DNA of 63,954 nt, the filler included, from an uncultured bacterium (GTDB lineage Bacteria > CAZSTA01): the NCBI GenBank assembly GCA_964609495.1. It is 3 parts of 3 records of this genome, joined end to end, with 100 filler letters (N's around TTAATTAATTAA, not from the genome) between each part and the next. Parts side by side here need not be neighbours in the genome. Positions count along the whole stretch, not along the records: positions 25,272 to 50,388 come from CAZSTA010000032.1; 2 more parts are not named here. One strand, given 5' to 3'. Of the stretch, positions 30,416 through 39,444 are shown piece after piece. The notes under the pieces are model-generated. The model made no database searches. It saw only the letters and a list, made by a program, of their open reading frames with translations, and was not told where the DNA came from. Position numbers and translations under genes: made by a program. Numbering within the stretch: the stretch's first letter is position 1; every line of letters begins with the position of its first letter.

Positions 30416-33400
30416 TTATCCATTACTTTTTAGGATAAAGTCAGTGGATATAAATTGCTCTCCTTCCATCTCTTCCTCATCCTCAGATGAGTTATTATCC
30501 TCCTCCAATTGGGGAGAAACCTCTTCCTTAATAGAGATATTATCGAGGGGAGCTATAGCTGAATTGATCGGTCGCTGATAGAAAAACCACCATCCGGCAG
30601 TTGCGAGTAAAACTAGAGGAAGCACAACCGCTATCGCCTTCAGGACTCGCCTTCCCGCGGGCGAGGAAAATTGGAGAGGAGGAACGATCCTCCACCTAAC
30701 AGTGCTTTTCCCTCCTGCCCAATTTTGAGCAAGTTTATAGCTCAAATTTCCCAGACCTCCGATAGCTGATCCTATAACCATCCACTCGACTATTCGTTGA
30801 GATCCTTTGTAAAGAGGGGGAAGTATAAAGGGCAAACTTAAACCGAATCTTTCGACTTGCCATCCGAGTATGAAGTATAAAGCTCCCAAAGTCCTCCCTA
30901 CCAATCCCCCCAGTAGGAAACCGATGATCGAGGCTAGAACTGATATGCCCAGAAAAGCCTTATCAGTCTTGCCTAATGATAATCTGCCCCTACGAGTTAA
31001 GGAAATCCCATAAGCGATAGCAGCTCCCAGTATTCCACCTATAATGAACCAAGAGGTGGTTAATTTTGGAATATTAAATATAAATGTATTATACAATACA
31101 GAGCCTTCGATCGCCTTGGGGGTAGCTATCACCTTCTGAAATACGAGGGAGGTCAATATGAATCCCAAGGCTAGGCTAAGGCTAATGAGACCCAAACTGA
31201 TGAGCGGGAGGGGTGCTTTTAATTGAGTTATATTATTAAATAGCTTCCTCCATATCCGATGAGATGGCAACTTGAGATCACATTCGGCGTTGCTGGTCCA
31301 ACAGAGAAGGGCGCTTAGCGAGGCGAAAGCCCCTATTATCGCTCCGATCATTATACCTAGGATAGCTCCTCCTAGACAGAAACCGATGATCTGACCTAAA
31401 GGGAGGGTGAGCTTGCTGAAGCCAGGAAGATGATATATCAACTCTCCGAGGTTGCTAAATCCTCCTATCGTCCCTAAGATCGCTCCTCCGAGCATCCATA
31501 CACTTCCCCCAAGCACTGCGGATAGGAGGGCGCACCCGATCAACCAGCCCAACAGCTTAACCCAATCCTTCAAGTATGCCCCATCTGTTCTCCTGCTGAT
31601 CGCAAATCCGATCAACCAACCCGTAGCGGTTGAGGATATAATGATAAGTAAACTTATTGCGATATTGCTGAGTATAAGATAGGAGGGCAATCCCGCGCCT
31701 ATCCCCACTATTAAACCGACGCTACTGGTGGAAATCCTTCCCGCCAGATTTTTCCCCCTATTAGTGAACAAGGAGAGGAGGGAGGAAGTAATTTTAGATA
31801 GGATACCGTATCCATTGGCATTAAAGATCAGAGAACGAAGCGCCAGAAAGGTGAGGACGAAGTTGAGTAGTAAGATCCCTATCATCCATTCGGGCTTTTC
31901 CCCTTGATTTATGATCGCCCAACTGAATGAGCCGAGTAAAGCCCCCAGCGAAAGTCCCTTCATCGCCAGCCAATTGAAGCTATTACTTGAAGAGCGATCT
32001 ACATACCAACCGATGGCGGCTCCTCCTATCACGCCGGTAAGGATGAAAGCCCTCGCATCTATCGAGGATAATATAACTATGAAGCTGACTAGAAGAGGAG
32101 CTATAGCGGAGATAATTTCCCTATTTAATATCGCACTCACTACAGCTATTATAAGTAAAGCTCCCCCTGCTCCCATAATTCCACCTAGCGAGGGAGGATG
32201 AAGAGTTCTGCCTAAGTTATAACCCCCTATTGTAAGAGCGAGGATAATCCCAGTTATAACAATTCCTCTCCAAAGACCATGTCTGGATATGGATAGCCCT
32301 GTGGAGATGATCAATCCGATAAACAAAGCGAGAAGTATCTTTAAGAGATTGACGCCCTCAAACAGCTTTTCTATCTCTAAGGGGGATAGCTCTCTAGGTA
32401 AGAGTTCAGCGAAGATACTCAGTCCCCCGAAGATGGCTAAGCCGAGAATAGCGCCGATTAGCGCTTGGTATCCTCGTTTAACAACGATCGGGTTGATCTT
32501 GAGGGATACGGAAGCGGTCTTAGTCGTTCCATTCGCTGAGATTCTCAATGCTCGTTGGTAACTATTTCCCGCCTTTAGACTATCCGTTCTCGCTCTGATC
32601 TTGATCCTATTTCTATTGCCCCTGAAGGAGCGAGGAGTTGCCCTCAACCAATTCGCAAAGGTTATCACCTCACCGGTAAGATATCCTCTTCCCTCGTTGA
32701 ATATCTCGATCTCCCGCTCCGCCTCATCTCCCAGATCCACCGACCCTAGATTGAGAGAGAGGGTATCGACCCTCAAGCGGGGATGTTGAACTAATCCAGT
32801 TGCTTGGAGGAGTTCCTCCAAGCCAGCATCTCTATCGGACTGATGAGAGACGATCTTACTCGCCTTATTTGCTAGCCTATCCTCGTTTATCCCTCTCAAC
32901 CACCTTTCGAGATCTCCTGAATATAGCTTTCCCTTCGCCTCCTCCCAGTTCCTATCGGCTATCTTCACTAGCTCATCCAGGGAAAAGGCCTTATTCCCTG
33001 AGGCGGTGAACTCGAGGGGACGCAAAAGAGATCCGCAGTTCCCACAATACTTCGCAGTCAGCCGATTAGCTTCGTTACAGACTGGGCAGTTGAGCGATAT
33101 CTTGGTTAAAACCCTTTTCAACTCCATCCTCATCTTCCGAGCGGTCTTGATCCTATCCTCCTGCTTGTATTCCAGAGCCTTCATTACCACCCGCTCGATA
33201 TCGGGATGTAGGTTTGGATTTAACTTACGGAGAGGAGGGAAGTTGAAGGGAATCTTAGGCTCCTGCCTTGTCAGGAGATAATGAAGTGTTGCTCCGAGAG
33301 AATAGACATCGGAGGCGGGAACAGCTTTGCCATGATACTGCTCTGGGGCGCTATATCCTTCGGTTCCGATCTTAGTGCCAGTTCTCTGATAGCTCAGAAA

Positions 33401-33892
33401 ACGAGCGATACCAAAATCTATAAGCACCACTTGATTGGATTTAAGCCTCATGATATTATGAGGCTTGATATCTCGATATATTATGTTGTTAGCGTGAAGA
33501 TAGGAGAGGATATCGCATAGTTCTATCCCCCACTGGATGATCGTGAGTTCATCCAGCCCTCGAGAGTTCCTATCCAATAAGGATTTGAGATCCTCCCCCT
33601 CTAGGAAATCCATAATCGTGTAGTAGCTATTATTGTGAGTGAAATGTTCGTAGAACTTGGGGATATGGGGATGATCCAGCCTCTCTAGGATACCAGCCTC
33701 TCGCTTAAACCAATCTATCGCCTCTTGCGCATCGGGCCCGAAGGAGGCGGGATCAAGCTCCTTAATAGCAATGATATTCCCATTCCTCAAATCCTCGGCT
33801 TTATAGACAGCTCCCATACCTCCTCGACCGATCTGGGCGATGATCCTATATTCGCTTATATTTCCCTTTAATATCTGACTAACTTTTAACAT
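30416..33892 (-). CDS. Ser/Thr kinase-zinc ribbon-BACON-like domain-large Gly-rich polytopic membrane domain
   Basis: GRGGMGAVY, AIKE, YRDIKPHN, DFG; CPVC…CGNC; N.G.G.L.G…WL…I.ANG Ig-like segment; many GxxxG hydrophobic helices; acidic tail. Confidence 0.92.
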   Translation of the reverse strand: MLKVSQILKGNISEYRIIAQIGRGGMGAVYKAEDLRNGNIIAIKELDPASFGPDAQEAIDWFKREAGILERLDHPHIPKFYEHFTHNNSYYTIMDFLEGEDLKSLLDRNSRGLDELTIIQWGIELCDILSYLHANNIIYRDIKPHNIMRLKSNQVVLIDFGIARFLSYQRTGTKIGTEGYSAPEQYHGKAVPASDVYSLGATLHYLLTRQEPKIPFNFPPLRKLNPNLHPDIERVVMKALEYKQEDRIKTARKMRMELKRVLTKISLNCPVCNEANRLTAKYCGNCGSLLRPLEFTASGNKAFSLDELVKIADRNWEEAKGKLYSGDLERWLRGINEDRLANKASKIVSHQSDRDAGLEELLQATGLVQHPRLRVDTLSLNLGSVDLGDEAEREIEIFNEGRGYLTGEVITFANWLRATPRSFRGNRNRIKIRARTDSLKAGNSYQRALRISANGTTKTASVSLKINPIVVKRGYQALIGAILGLAIFGGLSIFAELLPRELSPLEIEKLFEGVNLLKILLALFIGLIISTGLSISRHGLWRGIVITGIILALTIGGYNLGRTLHPPSLGGIMGAGGALLIIAVVSAILNREIISAIAPLLVSFIVILSSIDARAFILTGVIGGAAIGWYVDRSSSNSFNWLAMKGLSLGALLGSFSWAIINQGEKPEWMIGILLLNFVLTFLALRSLIFNANGYGILSKITSSLLSLFTNRGKNLAGRISTSSVGLIVGIGAGLPSYLILSNIAISLLIIISSTATGWLIGFAISRRTDGAYLKDWVKLLGWLIGCALLSAVLGGSVWMLGGAILGTIGGFSNLGELIYHLPGFSKLTLPLGQIIGFCLGGAILGIMIGAIIGAFASLSALLCWTSNAECDLKLPSHRIWRKLFNNITQLKAPLPLISLGLISLSLALGFILTSLVFQKVIATPKAIEGSVLYNTFIFNIPKLTTSWFIIGGILGAAIAYGISLTRRGRLSLGKTDKAFLGISVLASIIGFLLGGLVGRTLGALYFILGWQVERFGLSLPFILPPLYKGSQRIVEWMVIGSAIGGLGNLSYKLAQNWAGGKSTVRWRIVPPLQFSSPAGRRVLKAIAVVLPLVLLATAGWWFFYQRPINSAIAPLDNISIKEEVSPQLEEDNNSSEDEEEMEGEQFISTDFILKSNG

Positions 33893-33902
33893 TGAATTTC
33901 AA

Positions 33903-34442
33903 CTACTTTATTATAACCACCGGAGTCCCAATGGGAACTATATCTACCAGCTCTTCTATATCCTTATTGTGCATTCTAATACAACCGTGAGAGATCGCCT
34001 TCCCGATGGAGGAGGGATCGTTAGTTCCGTGTATTCCGTAGTGAGGCTCGCTTATCCCTATCCAACGCGTTCCCAATTGATTATTCTTGTTCTTCTTATA
34101 AGGTGATATCGCTTTCCCCTCCCAATACCAAACAGGATCGGTTACCTTATTTATTATCTCGAATCTCCCCACCGGCGTCTCGCTCTCAACTGCCCCGATA
34201 GCAACTGGATATATCTTCAATATCTCCTGTCCTTTATATAGAATCAAGCTGAAGGTGGATTTGGCGATGACGATTCCATAGCCATTCCCTATCGCCGGGG
34301 AAGGGATCGCTTTTAGTGGCTCGGGAATAATGCTCTCCTCAGATAATCCGTCCGATATGGAGAAGATATTGATCGCTAGGATGGATATGATCGCTAATAG
34401 TAGATTTATACTCGACTTTCTATACACTCTTGTACCTTCCAA
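33903..34442 (-). CDS. L,D-transpeptidase (YkuD family), secreted
   Basis: YPVAIG, TPVG.F.I..K, GIHGT, SHGCIRM, GTPV; signal-like N-terminus. Confidence 0.93.
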   Translation of the reverse strand: MEGTRVYRKSSINLLLAIISILAINIFSISDGLSEESIIPEPLKAIPSPAIGNGYGIVIAKSTFSLILYKGQEILKIYPVAIGAVESETPVGRFEIINKVTDPVWYWEGKAISPYKKNKNNQLGTRWIGISEPHYGIHGTNDPSSIGKAISHGCIRMHNKDIEELVDIVPIGTPVVIIK

Positions 34443-34477
34443 ATGGAGAGCAGATTAGGCTTTGAACTCACCTTAAT

Positions 34478-34584
34478 CACCCTCCCCCCTAACCTCCTCC
34501 CATCAAGGGAGGGGGGAATAAAGGGCTTTAGTTCAATCTCGACGTTCCCTCTCCCCTCGTGGGAGAGGGATAGGGTGAGGGGGA
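34478..34584. repeat. Double-hairpin REP/MITE-like element (family C)
   Basis: Near-identical hairpins to 11130-11250 with a shorter spacer. Confidence 0.85.
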
Positions 34585-34642
34585 GAATCATATCTTGAAC
34601 TAATAATCGAAAAACTAAGAATAGGGAATTATTTCTTTGAAA

Positions 34643-36520
34643 CTACTTAAACACGTATAGTCCCATCAGAATTCCAAATACTCCATAGGATATGAGATAT
34701 CTCAATGCTGTAAGGTTGCTGTTGGAGATAATCGGGAAGAATAAACCGCCGATCGCCCCGCTTAAAGCTCCTAATAGCAAACTGGGTAAGAGTCTCTCTT
34801 TAGCAGTCGAATCCTCTCCTAATTCCAAGCCCAATCCCACATAAGCACCGATTATAGAATAGACGATAGCGTAGATGATAAGAGAGTTCACCAACTCGTT
34901 ATTGACTATGGTTATATTAAGCAATACCCTTTCCAAGAGCAGGCCACTTATGATTCCTCCTAAAGCTCCACATAGGGCGGCATAAATAGGGCTCAGAAGC
35001 GAAACGAGGAAGGATTTGTGGATTACCCCTCGACCCAGATTGAGAAGCAAGCTTATCAACAAACCGATGAGACCGAGTCCGAGGAAGCCTATCGAATTCT
35101 CACTTCCTAAGGCTAACGAAGGATCGCCGAGATATCTACTCGCCGTTTGGCTCACATTTGGATCGCTCACCAAGGCCTTTGCCAAGAAATATCCTATTGA
35201 TCCACCTAGAACGCCTATAATCCCTCCTCGAGTGGCTTTCAGCTTCAGATCTCCTTTGGAGAGGGAGAACACGGGAGGGGTGGAAGAGAGGGCAGGATTT
35301 GCGGAAACTAGGGGAGTTTGTTTAGCTGGAAGGGAAGCTACTACCTCCACTTGTCCATTTCCCCCATTAGAGCGAATATCTATATTCCCTTGATATTTCT
35401 GACCATCGGCGAAGTTGGTGGCATCGAGGCGCACCTTTACCGTTACCTTATCTCCAGTAAAGGCATCACGACTAGTTTTAATCCAAGAGGAGCTAGCATG
35501 GATCGTTCCACTCAGTTCACCGCTTCCCCCATTAGCGATGGTTAATTTACTGGTGTAAACCTTCTTCCTCCTAAGTTCTCCGAAATCTATCCTATTTGTG
35601 CTAAGGATCATAACCGGCATATAACGGAGAGTTCCGGAGAAAGGTCTTCCACAGTTGGGACAAAATTTGCCACCTAAACGGACCAATCCTCCACAGTTGG
35701 GACATATCCCCCCGGCAATAGCCTCCAAGAGGGCATTCTTCATCTCCGCGGCGGATTGATAGCGATCGTCTGGATCGTGTTGAGTGGCCTTTAATATAAA
35801 TTGATCCAGTCCTTTAGATAAATTGGGATTCAGGGAGGAAGGGGGAGCGAATTGGAAGGGATTTTGAGCTGGATCATTACCGGTTAATAGTTGATGCAGG
35901 GTAGCTCCTAGCGCGTAGATGTCAGAACGAGCATCGGTCTGCCCCTTTCCATACTGCTCTGGAGGAGAGTAACCAGGGGTTCCTATCACTACAGTGTCTT
36001 GCGCTTTCTTCTTCTTGAAAAAACGAGCGATGCCGAAATCGATGAGCTTCACCTCGTTGCGGGGATTTATCATCACATTATCGGGCTTCATATCACGAAA
36101 GATAACTGGTTTCACATCTTTAGCTGAGGATGGTTTATAGGTATGGAGATAATCGAGGACATCACACAACTGTCGAGCCCACTCCAGCACTTGCATCTCG
36201 GGAAGGGGACCGTTAACCTTTTTCAATTTAGAGGCAAGCGTCTCGCCCTCTATGAACTCCATAACGAGATAGTGCTTTCCCCCTTCCGAGAAGTAATCGG
36301 CAACCTCCGGAAGGTTGGGGTGGTCTAAGCGAGCCAAGAGCGAGGCCTCTAATTGGAAATGCTCGATCGCTTGGGCTCGCTCGGCAGGATCGGTGAAGAA
36401 ATCTAACATCTCCTTGATTGCCCAGAACTTGCCCTGCAATCGCTCATCCTCAGCCAAGTACACCGCGCCCATTCCACCCTTGCCCAGAGTCTTCAGAATC
36501 CTATAGCGATTTTGAAGCAT
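34643..36520 (-). CDS. Ser/Thr kinase-zinc ribbon-BACON-like-membrane domain protein
   Basis: GKGGMGAVY, AIKE, FRDMKPDN, DFG, GTPGYSPPEQ; CPNC…CPNC; I.SNGG; Gly-rich transmembrane helices. Confidence 0.93.
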   Translation of the reverse strand: MLQNRYRILKTLGKGGMGAVYLAEDERLQGKFWAIKEMLDFFTDPAERAQAIEHFQLEASLLARLDHPNLPEVADYFSEGGKHYLVMEFIEGETLASKLKKVNGPLPEMQVLEWARQLCDVLDYLHTYKPSSAKDVKPVIFRDMKPDNVMINPRNEVKLIDFGIARFFKKKKAQDTVVIGTPGYSPPEQYGKGQTDARSDIYALGATLHQLLTGNDPAQNPFQFAPPSSLNPNLSKGLDQFILKATQHDPDDRYQSAAEMKNALLEAIAGGICPNCGGLVRLGGKFCPNCGRPFSGTLRYMPVMILSTNRIDFGELRRKKVYTSKLTIANGGSGELSGTIHASSSWIKTSRDAFTGDKVTVKVRLDATNFADGQKYQGNIDIRSNGGNGQVEVVASLPAKQTPLVSANPALSSTPPVFSLSKGDLKLKATRGGIIGVLGGSIGYFLAKALVSDPNVSQTASRYLGDPSLALGSENSIGFLGLGLIGLLISLLLNLGRGVIHKSFLVSLLSPIYAALCGALGGIISGLLLERVLLNITIVNNELVNSLIIYAIVYSIIGAYVGLGLELGEDSTAKERLLPSLLLGALSGAIGGLFFPIISNSNLTALRYLISYGVFGILMGLYVFK

Positions 36521-36553
36521 TTCTCCAGCATTAAGCGTGATTCAACACCTCAC

Positions 36554-36605
36554 AAAAGGTAACTTTTTAACCTTGAGTTTTATTGGAAGCAAAAAGTTCA
36601 CTTTT
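36554..36605 (+). repeat. REP-like palindrome (family A)
   Basis: AAAAGGTAACTTTTT-AACCTTGAGTTTTATTGGAAGC-AAAAAGTTCACTTTT. Confidence 0.8.
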
Positions 36606-36606
36606 C

Positions 36607-37425
36607 TTATGATTTTATCGTGAACTTTAACCTTGTTTTACCCATCACGATCGAATCGCCATCTTTCAGTTCACAGGGGGTAGAGGGAGCTATCTTCTGG
36701 CGATTCACAAAGGTGGGATTGCTCGCGCTCAAGTGTTCCAAGAGGAATTTGTCATCCTTGCGGATGAGCTTAGCATGTTTTCGGGATACATATTGCTCAG
36801 GATCGGCTTCATCAAGATCGATATCTGGTATATCACCGGTCTCCGGATCGAAGCGCCCGATGATCGCCTCATCCTGATCGACCGTGTATTCTTTACCATT
36901 AGCCGCGGGAGTGGTCACGGTGAGAACTGCCCCTGGAGGAGCTACGGCAGCCACTTCCTCAGCTTCTTCTTCCTCCGCGACTTCCGCAGGCTCGGTTTCA
37001 GGAGCTATCTGAGTAGTAGGTAGAGGTCTCCCACAGTTTATACAAAATCTATCGCCAGGCTGATTCACCGTCTTGCAATCAGGACATACAACTCCTCCCG
37101 CAACCTCCGCGGCAGTGGGGGTGGCAACTTCTACCTCCTCCTCTTCGACCTTGGGTTGCTCCACCACTTGAGGTTGCTTAGCCGCGGTCTCTGCCTCCGC
37201 CAAGCTCATACCACAATTAGTGCAGAAGTTATCCCCTGGCTGATTCGACGCCCCACAGCTAGGACATATTATCTCCGTAGGTTCAGCCGCGGTAGGAGGA
37301 GGAGTTGGCTGCGAGGTTGCAGGAGCAGGGGGAGTCTCAGGAGCTATATCCGACAGAGGCTCCCCACAATTATCACAAAAGGCAGCTCCAGCTATATTTT
37401 CAGTTCCACAATTCGGACATTTCAT
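36607..37425 (-). CDS. Triple zinc ribbon-FHA domain protein
   Basis: Three CPxC-x10-CxxC units in Pro/Glu/Ala-rich linkers; IGR…VSRKHA…NPTFVN. Confidence 0.92.
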   Translation of the reverse strand: MKCPNCGTENIAGAAFCDNCGEPLSDIAPETPPAPATSQPTPPPTAAEPTEIICPSCGASNQPGDNFCTNCGMSLAEAETAAKQPQVVEQPKVEEEEVEVATPTAAEVAGGVVCPDCKTVNQPGDRFCINCGRPLPTTQIAPETEPAEVAEEEEAEEVAAVAPPGAVLTVTTPAANGKEYTVDQDEAIIGRFDPETGDIPDIDLDEADPEQYVSRKHAKLIRKDDKFLLEHLSASNPTFVNRQKIAPSTPCELKDGDSIVMGKTRLKFTIKS

Positions 37426-37476
37426 TATAATCTAATACCTCCTTTATATATGAAAGTAGAGAATAGAAATTGGGAA

Positions 37477-38748
37477 TCAGAAGAGATCTTCTGGTAAAGC
37501 ATTAGGATCTAATTTTCGAGTTGCTCCCTTGAGACGCTTGGTAACGCCCTTGGAGATACCTCCTTGTTTCTCGATATCCTTGATCGCTTCCTCGGTCAAC
37601 TTTCTGGTGCCAGGATCGGTGAGCCTCTGAGTTTGGGCTCTCAAGAGGTTAGCGGCTTTCTCTTGCTCTCCTTGTTCCGCCATCTTGATAGCTCTATTGA
37701 TGACCCGGTGGGAGTTGACTCGATCGATTACCGACATCACCTCTTGGTTGAAGACATTAGCCACCCTGGGATCAGTAGTATAACTTAGAAGAAGATCTTC
37801 CTTGATACTCTTGTTATATTCCCCTCTAGCTGGTATATCATATAACACCTCTAATTGAGCGATACGATAGGTTCCTGCTTGACGAGGAGGTAGGATCAAC
37901 TCTAAAAGGACCGATTGGACTTGGCCTTCCTCCAGATCGTTTAGACTAACATTGATCTCCCTTCCCCTAAGCACTTGACTCAAATCGAGAGAGATAATAT
38001 CTGGTCTGGCTCGATCTACCCGCCTCACATTTATCCCGACGCTCATCTTCAATCTAACGCGGGGATTCTGGATGACGATAGCCTGCAGGCCTCCTAGCTC
38101 CTCATTAAAATAGTTTGGTATCTGAGAAGGATTTCGGATAATATAGCACTTTCCTCTGGTGCTATCAGCGATATCCATCGCCAAATCCTCGTTGAAGTCA
38201 TCCCCGACTCCGAAGACGCTGTAGGTGATGCCATTATCAGCCTGTCGCTTAACAAAAGGTTCAATTTTCCCCTCGTTGACATTCTCCAGACCATCGGTGA
38301 AGAGGATCACTCGATTGACTTTCTCGGAAGAAAGCACATTTTTTACCTCTTGAGTCCCCAATCTTGCCCCATCGAACATATTAGTCGAACTTCCGATATC
38401 GAGGGAATCGAGGTTATTTATCCTCCTCTTCATAGTGGATTTATCCCTCGCTTTCTGACTTGGGATCACGACTTTAGCTCTCTCGGCAAAGGCTACGATG
38501 GATACCTCATCATTCTCGGAGATATTATCTATGATGTATTTAGAGGCTTCCTTAACATATTCTATCTTCTTCTCATCATACATCGAACCACTTCTATCCA
38601 GAACTAAGCTGATATTCAAAGGAGTAGGTCCCAGACGCACATCTTCCGCGGGCTTCACATCAACTAGAAGATAGACGAGCATATTCTCGCTGGTGACGTT
38701 GACTGCATTTCGGTTAAAAAGATAACCCATCTCTACTTCGTTCGCCAC
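37477..38748 (-). CDS. vWA domain protein with intact MIDAS
   Basis: LVLDRSGSM, STNM, LFTDG, GVGDDFNED. Confidence 0.93.
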   Translation of the reverse strand: MANEVEMGYLFNRNAVNVTSENMLVYLLVDVKPAEDVRLGPTPLNISLVLDRSGSMYDEKKIEYVKEASKYIIDNISENDEVSIVAFAERAKVVIPSQKARDKSTMKRRINNLDSLDIGSSTNMFDGARLGTQEVKNVLSSEKVNRVILFTDGLENVNEGKIEPFVKRQADNGITYSVFGVGDDFNEDLAMDIADSTRGKCYIIRNPSQIPNYFNEELGGLQAIVIQNPRVRLKMSVGINVRRVDRARPDIISLDLSQVLRGREINVSLNDLEEGQVQSVLLELILPPRQAGTYRIAQLEVLYDIPARGEYNKSIKEDLLLSYTTDPRVANVFNQEVMSVIDRVNSHRVINRAIKMAEQGEQEKAANLLRAQTQRLTDPGTRKLTEEAIKDIEKQGGISKGVTKRLKGATRKLDPNALPEDLF

Positions 38749-38809
38749 TTATTATCACCTTCCTTATCTATTCGAAAATTACTTATTATATTATACGTTA
38801 TAATCTAAA

Positions 38810-39040
38810 TTATGGCGTCAAAATTTCTACCTCAGCTATATGGTGATTATCTTCTGGGATAGGTTTTCCTCCCTCAATTAAAGTCTCTAAGTAAAGAGTT
38901 ATAGCAGATTTGATATTAGCCAAGGCAGAATCATAAGTATCTCCCTCGGATATACAGCCGGGAAGAGAAGGGACATAGACTGTATAACCTCCTTCTTCGG
39001 CTGGTTCGAATATTACCTTGTAGAAAATCTTTCTAGCCAT
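38810..39040 (-). CDS. hicB: HicB family antitoxin (short form)
   Basis: EEGGYTVYVPSLPGCISEGDT…A..NIK.AI.LYLE. Confidence 0.9.
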   Translation of the reverse strand: MARKIFYKVIFEPAEEGGYTVYVPSLPGCISEGDTYDSALANIKSAITLYLETLIEGGKPIPEDNHHIAEVEILTP

Positions 39041-39041
39041 T

Positions 39042-39095
39042 TTATAACCTCTTTGATAAACGTTTTGATAGGATATTAGTATCAACTAGGATCAT
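39042..39095 (-). pseudogene. Truncated PIN-domain toxin remnant
   Basis: Translates as MILVDTNILSKRLSKRL*; the start overlaps the UPF0175 gene end; xxxDTNIL is the PIN N-terminal motif. Confidence 0.7.
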
Positions 39096-39426
39096 TTCTG
39101 ATCTTCCTTATCGTTTCCATTTGTCTCTCAAGCTCCTCTTTAGATAACTCTGCGACAATAACTTTAATTCCTCTAGTTCCTAGGACATTTTTAAAGGTTA
39201 TGGGATCTATCCCTGCTATCTCCGCTGCTCTCGCCAGAGTAACTTCCTCATCCTTATAAAGCTGGATAGCTGCCTCCAACCTGAGATCGGGCTTGAGGGC
39301 AAAGAATAGATTAAGAGCTTCGCTTATCACCTCCCTCTTACTCCTGTATAGACCTGCCCTGACTATAGCCCTTACCTCCTGCTCCAGTTGAGAAACTTCC
39401 TTACCTTCCTTCAACTTAATCGCCAT
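39082..39426 (-). CDS. UPF0175 family putative antitoxin
   Basis: GLY.S..EVI.EAL; LEAAIQLY.D.EVTLARAAEIAGI…F..VL..RGI. Confidence 0.85.
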   Translation of the reverse strand: MAIKLKEGKEVSQLEQEVRAIVRAGLYRSKREVISEALNLFFALKPDLRLEAAIQLYKDEEVTLARAAEIAGIDPITFKNVLGTRGIKVIVAELSKEELERQMETIRKIRNDPS

Positions 39427-39444
39427 AGATCATCACCCCTCATA

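Noticed and set aside
34406-34591. 61-aa ORF MILPLTLSLSHEGRG…
   Set aside because: It is the translation of the family-C palindromic repeat, a typical spurious ORF.
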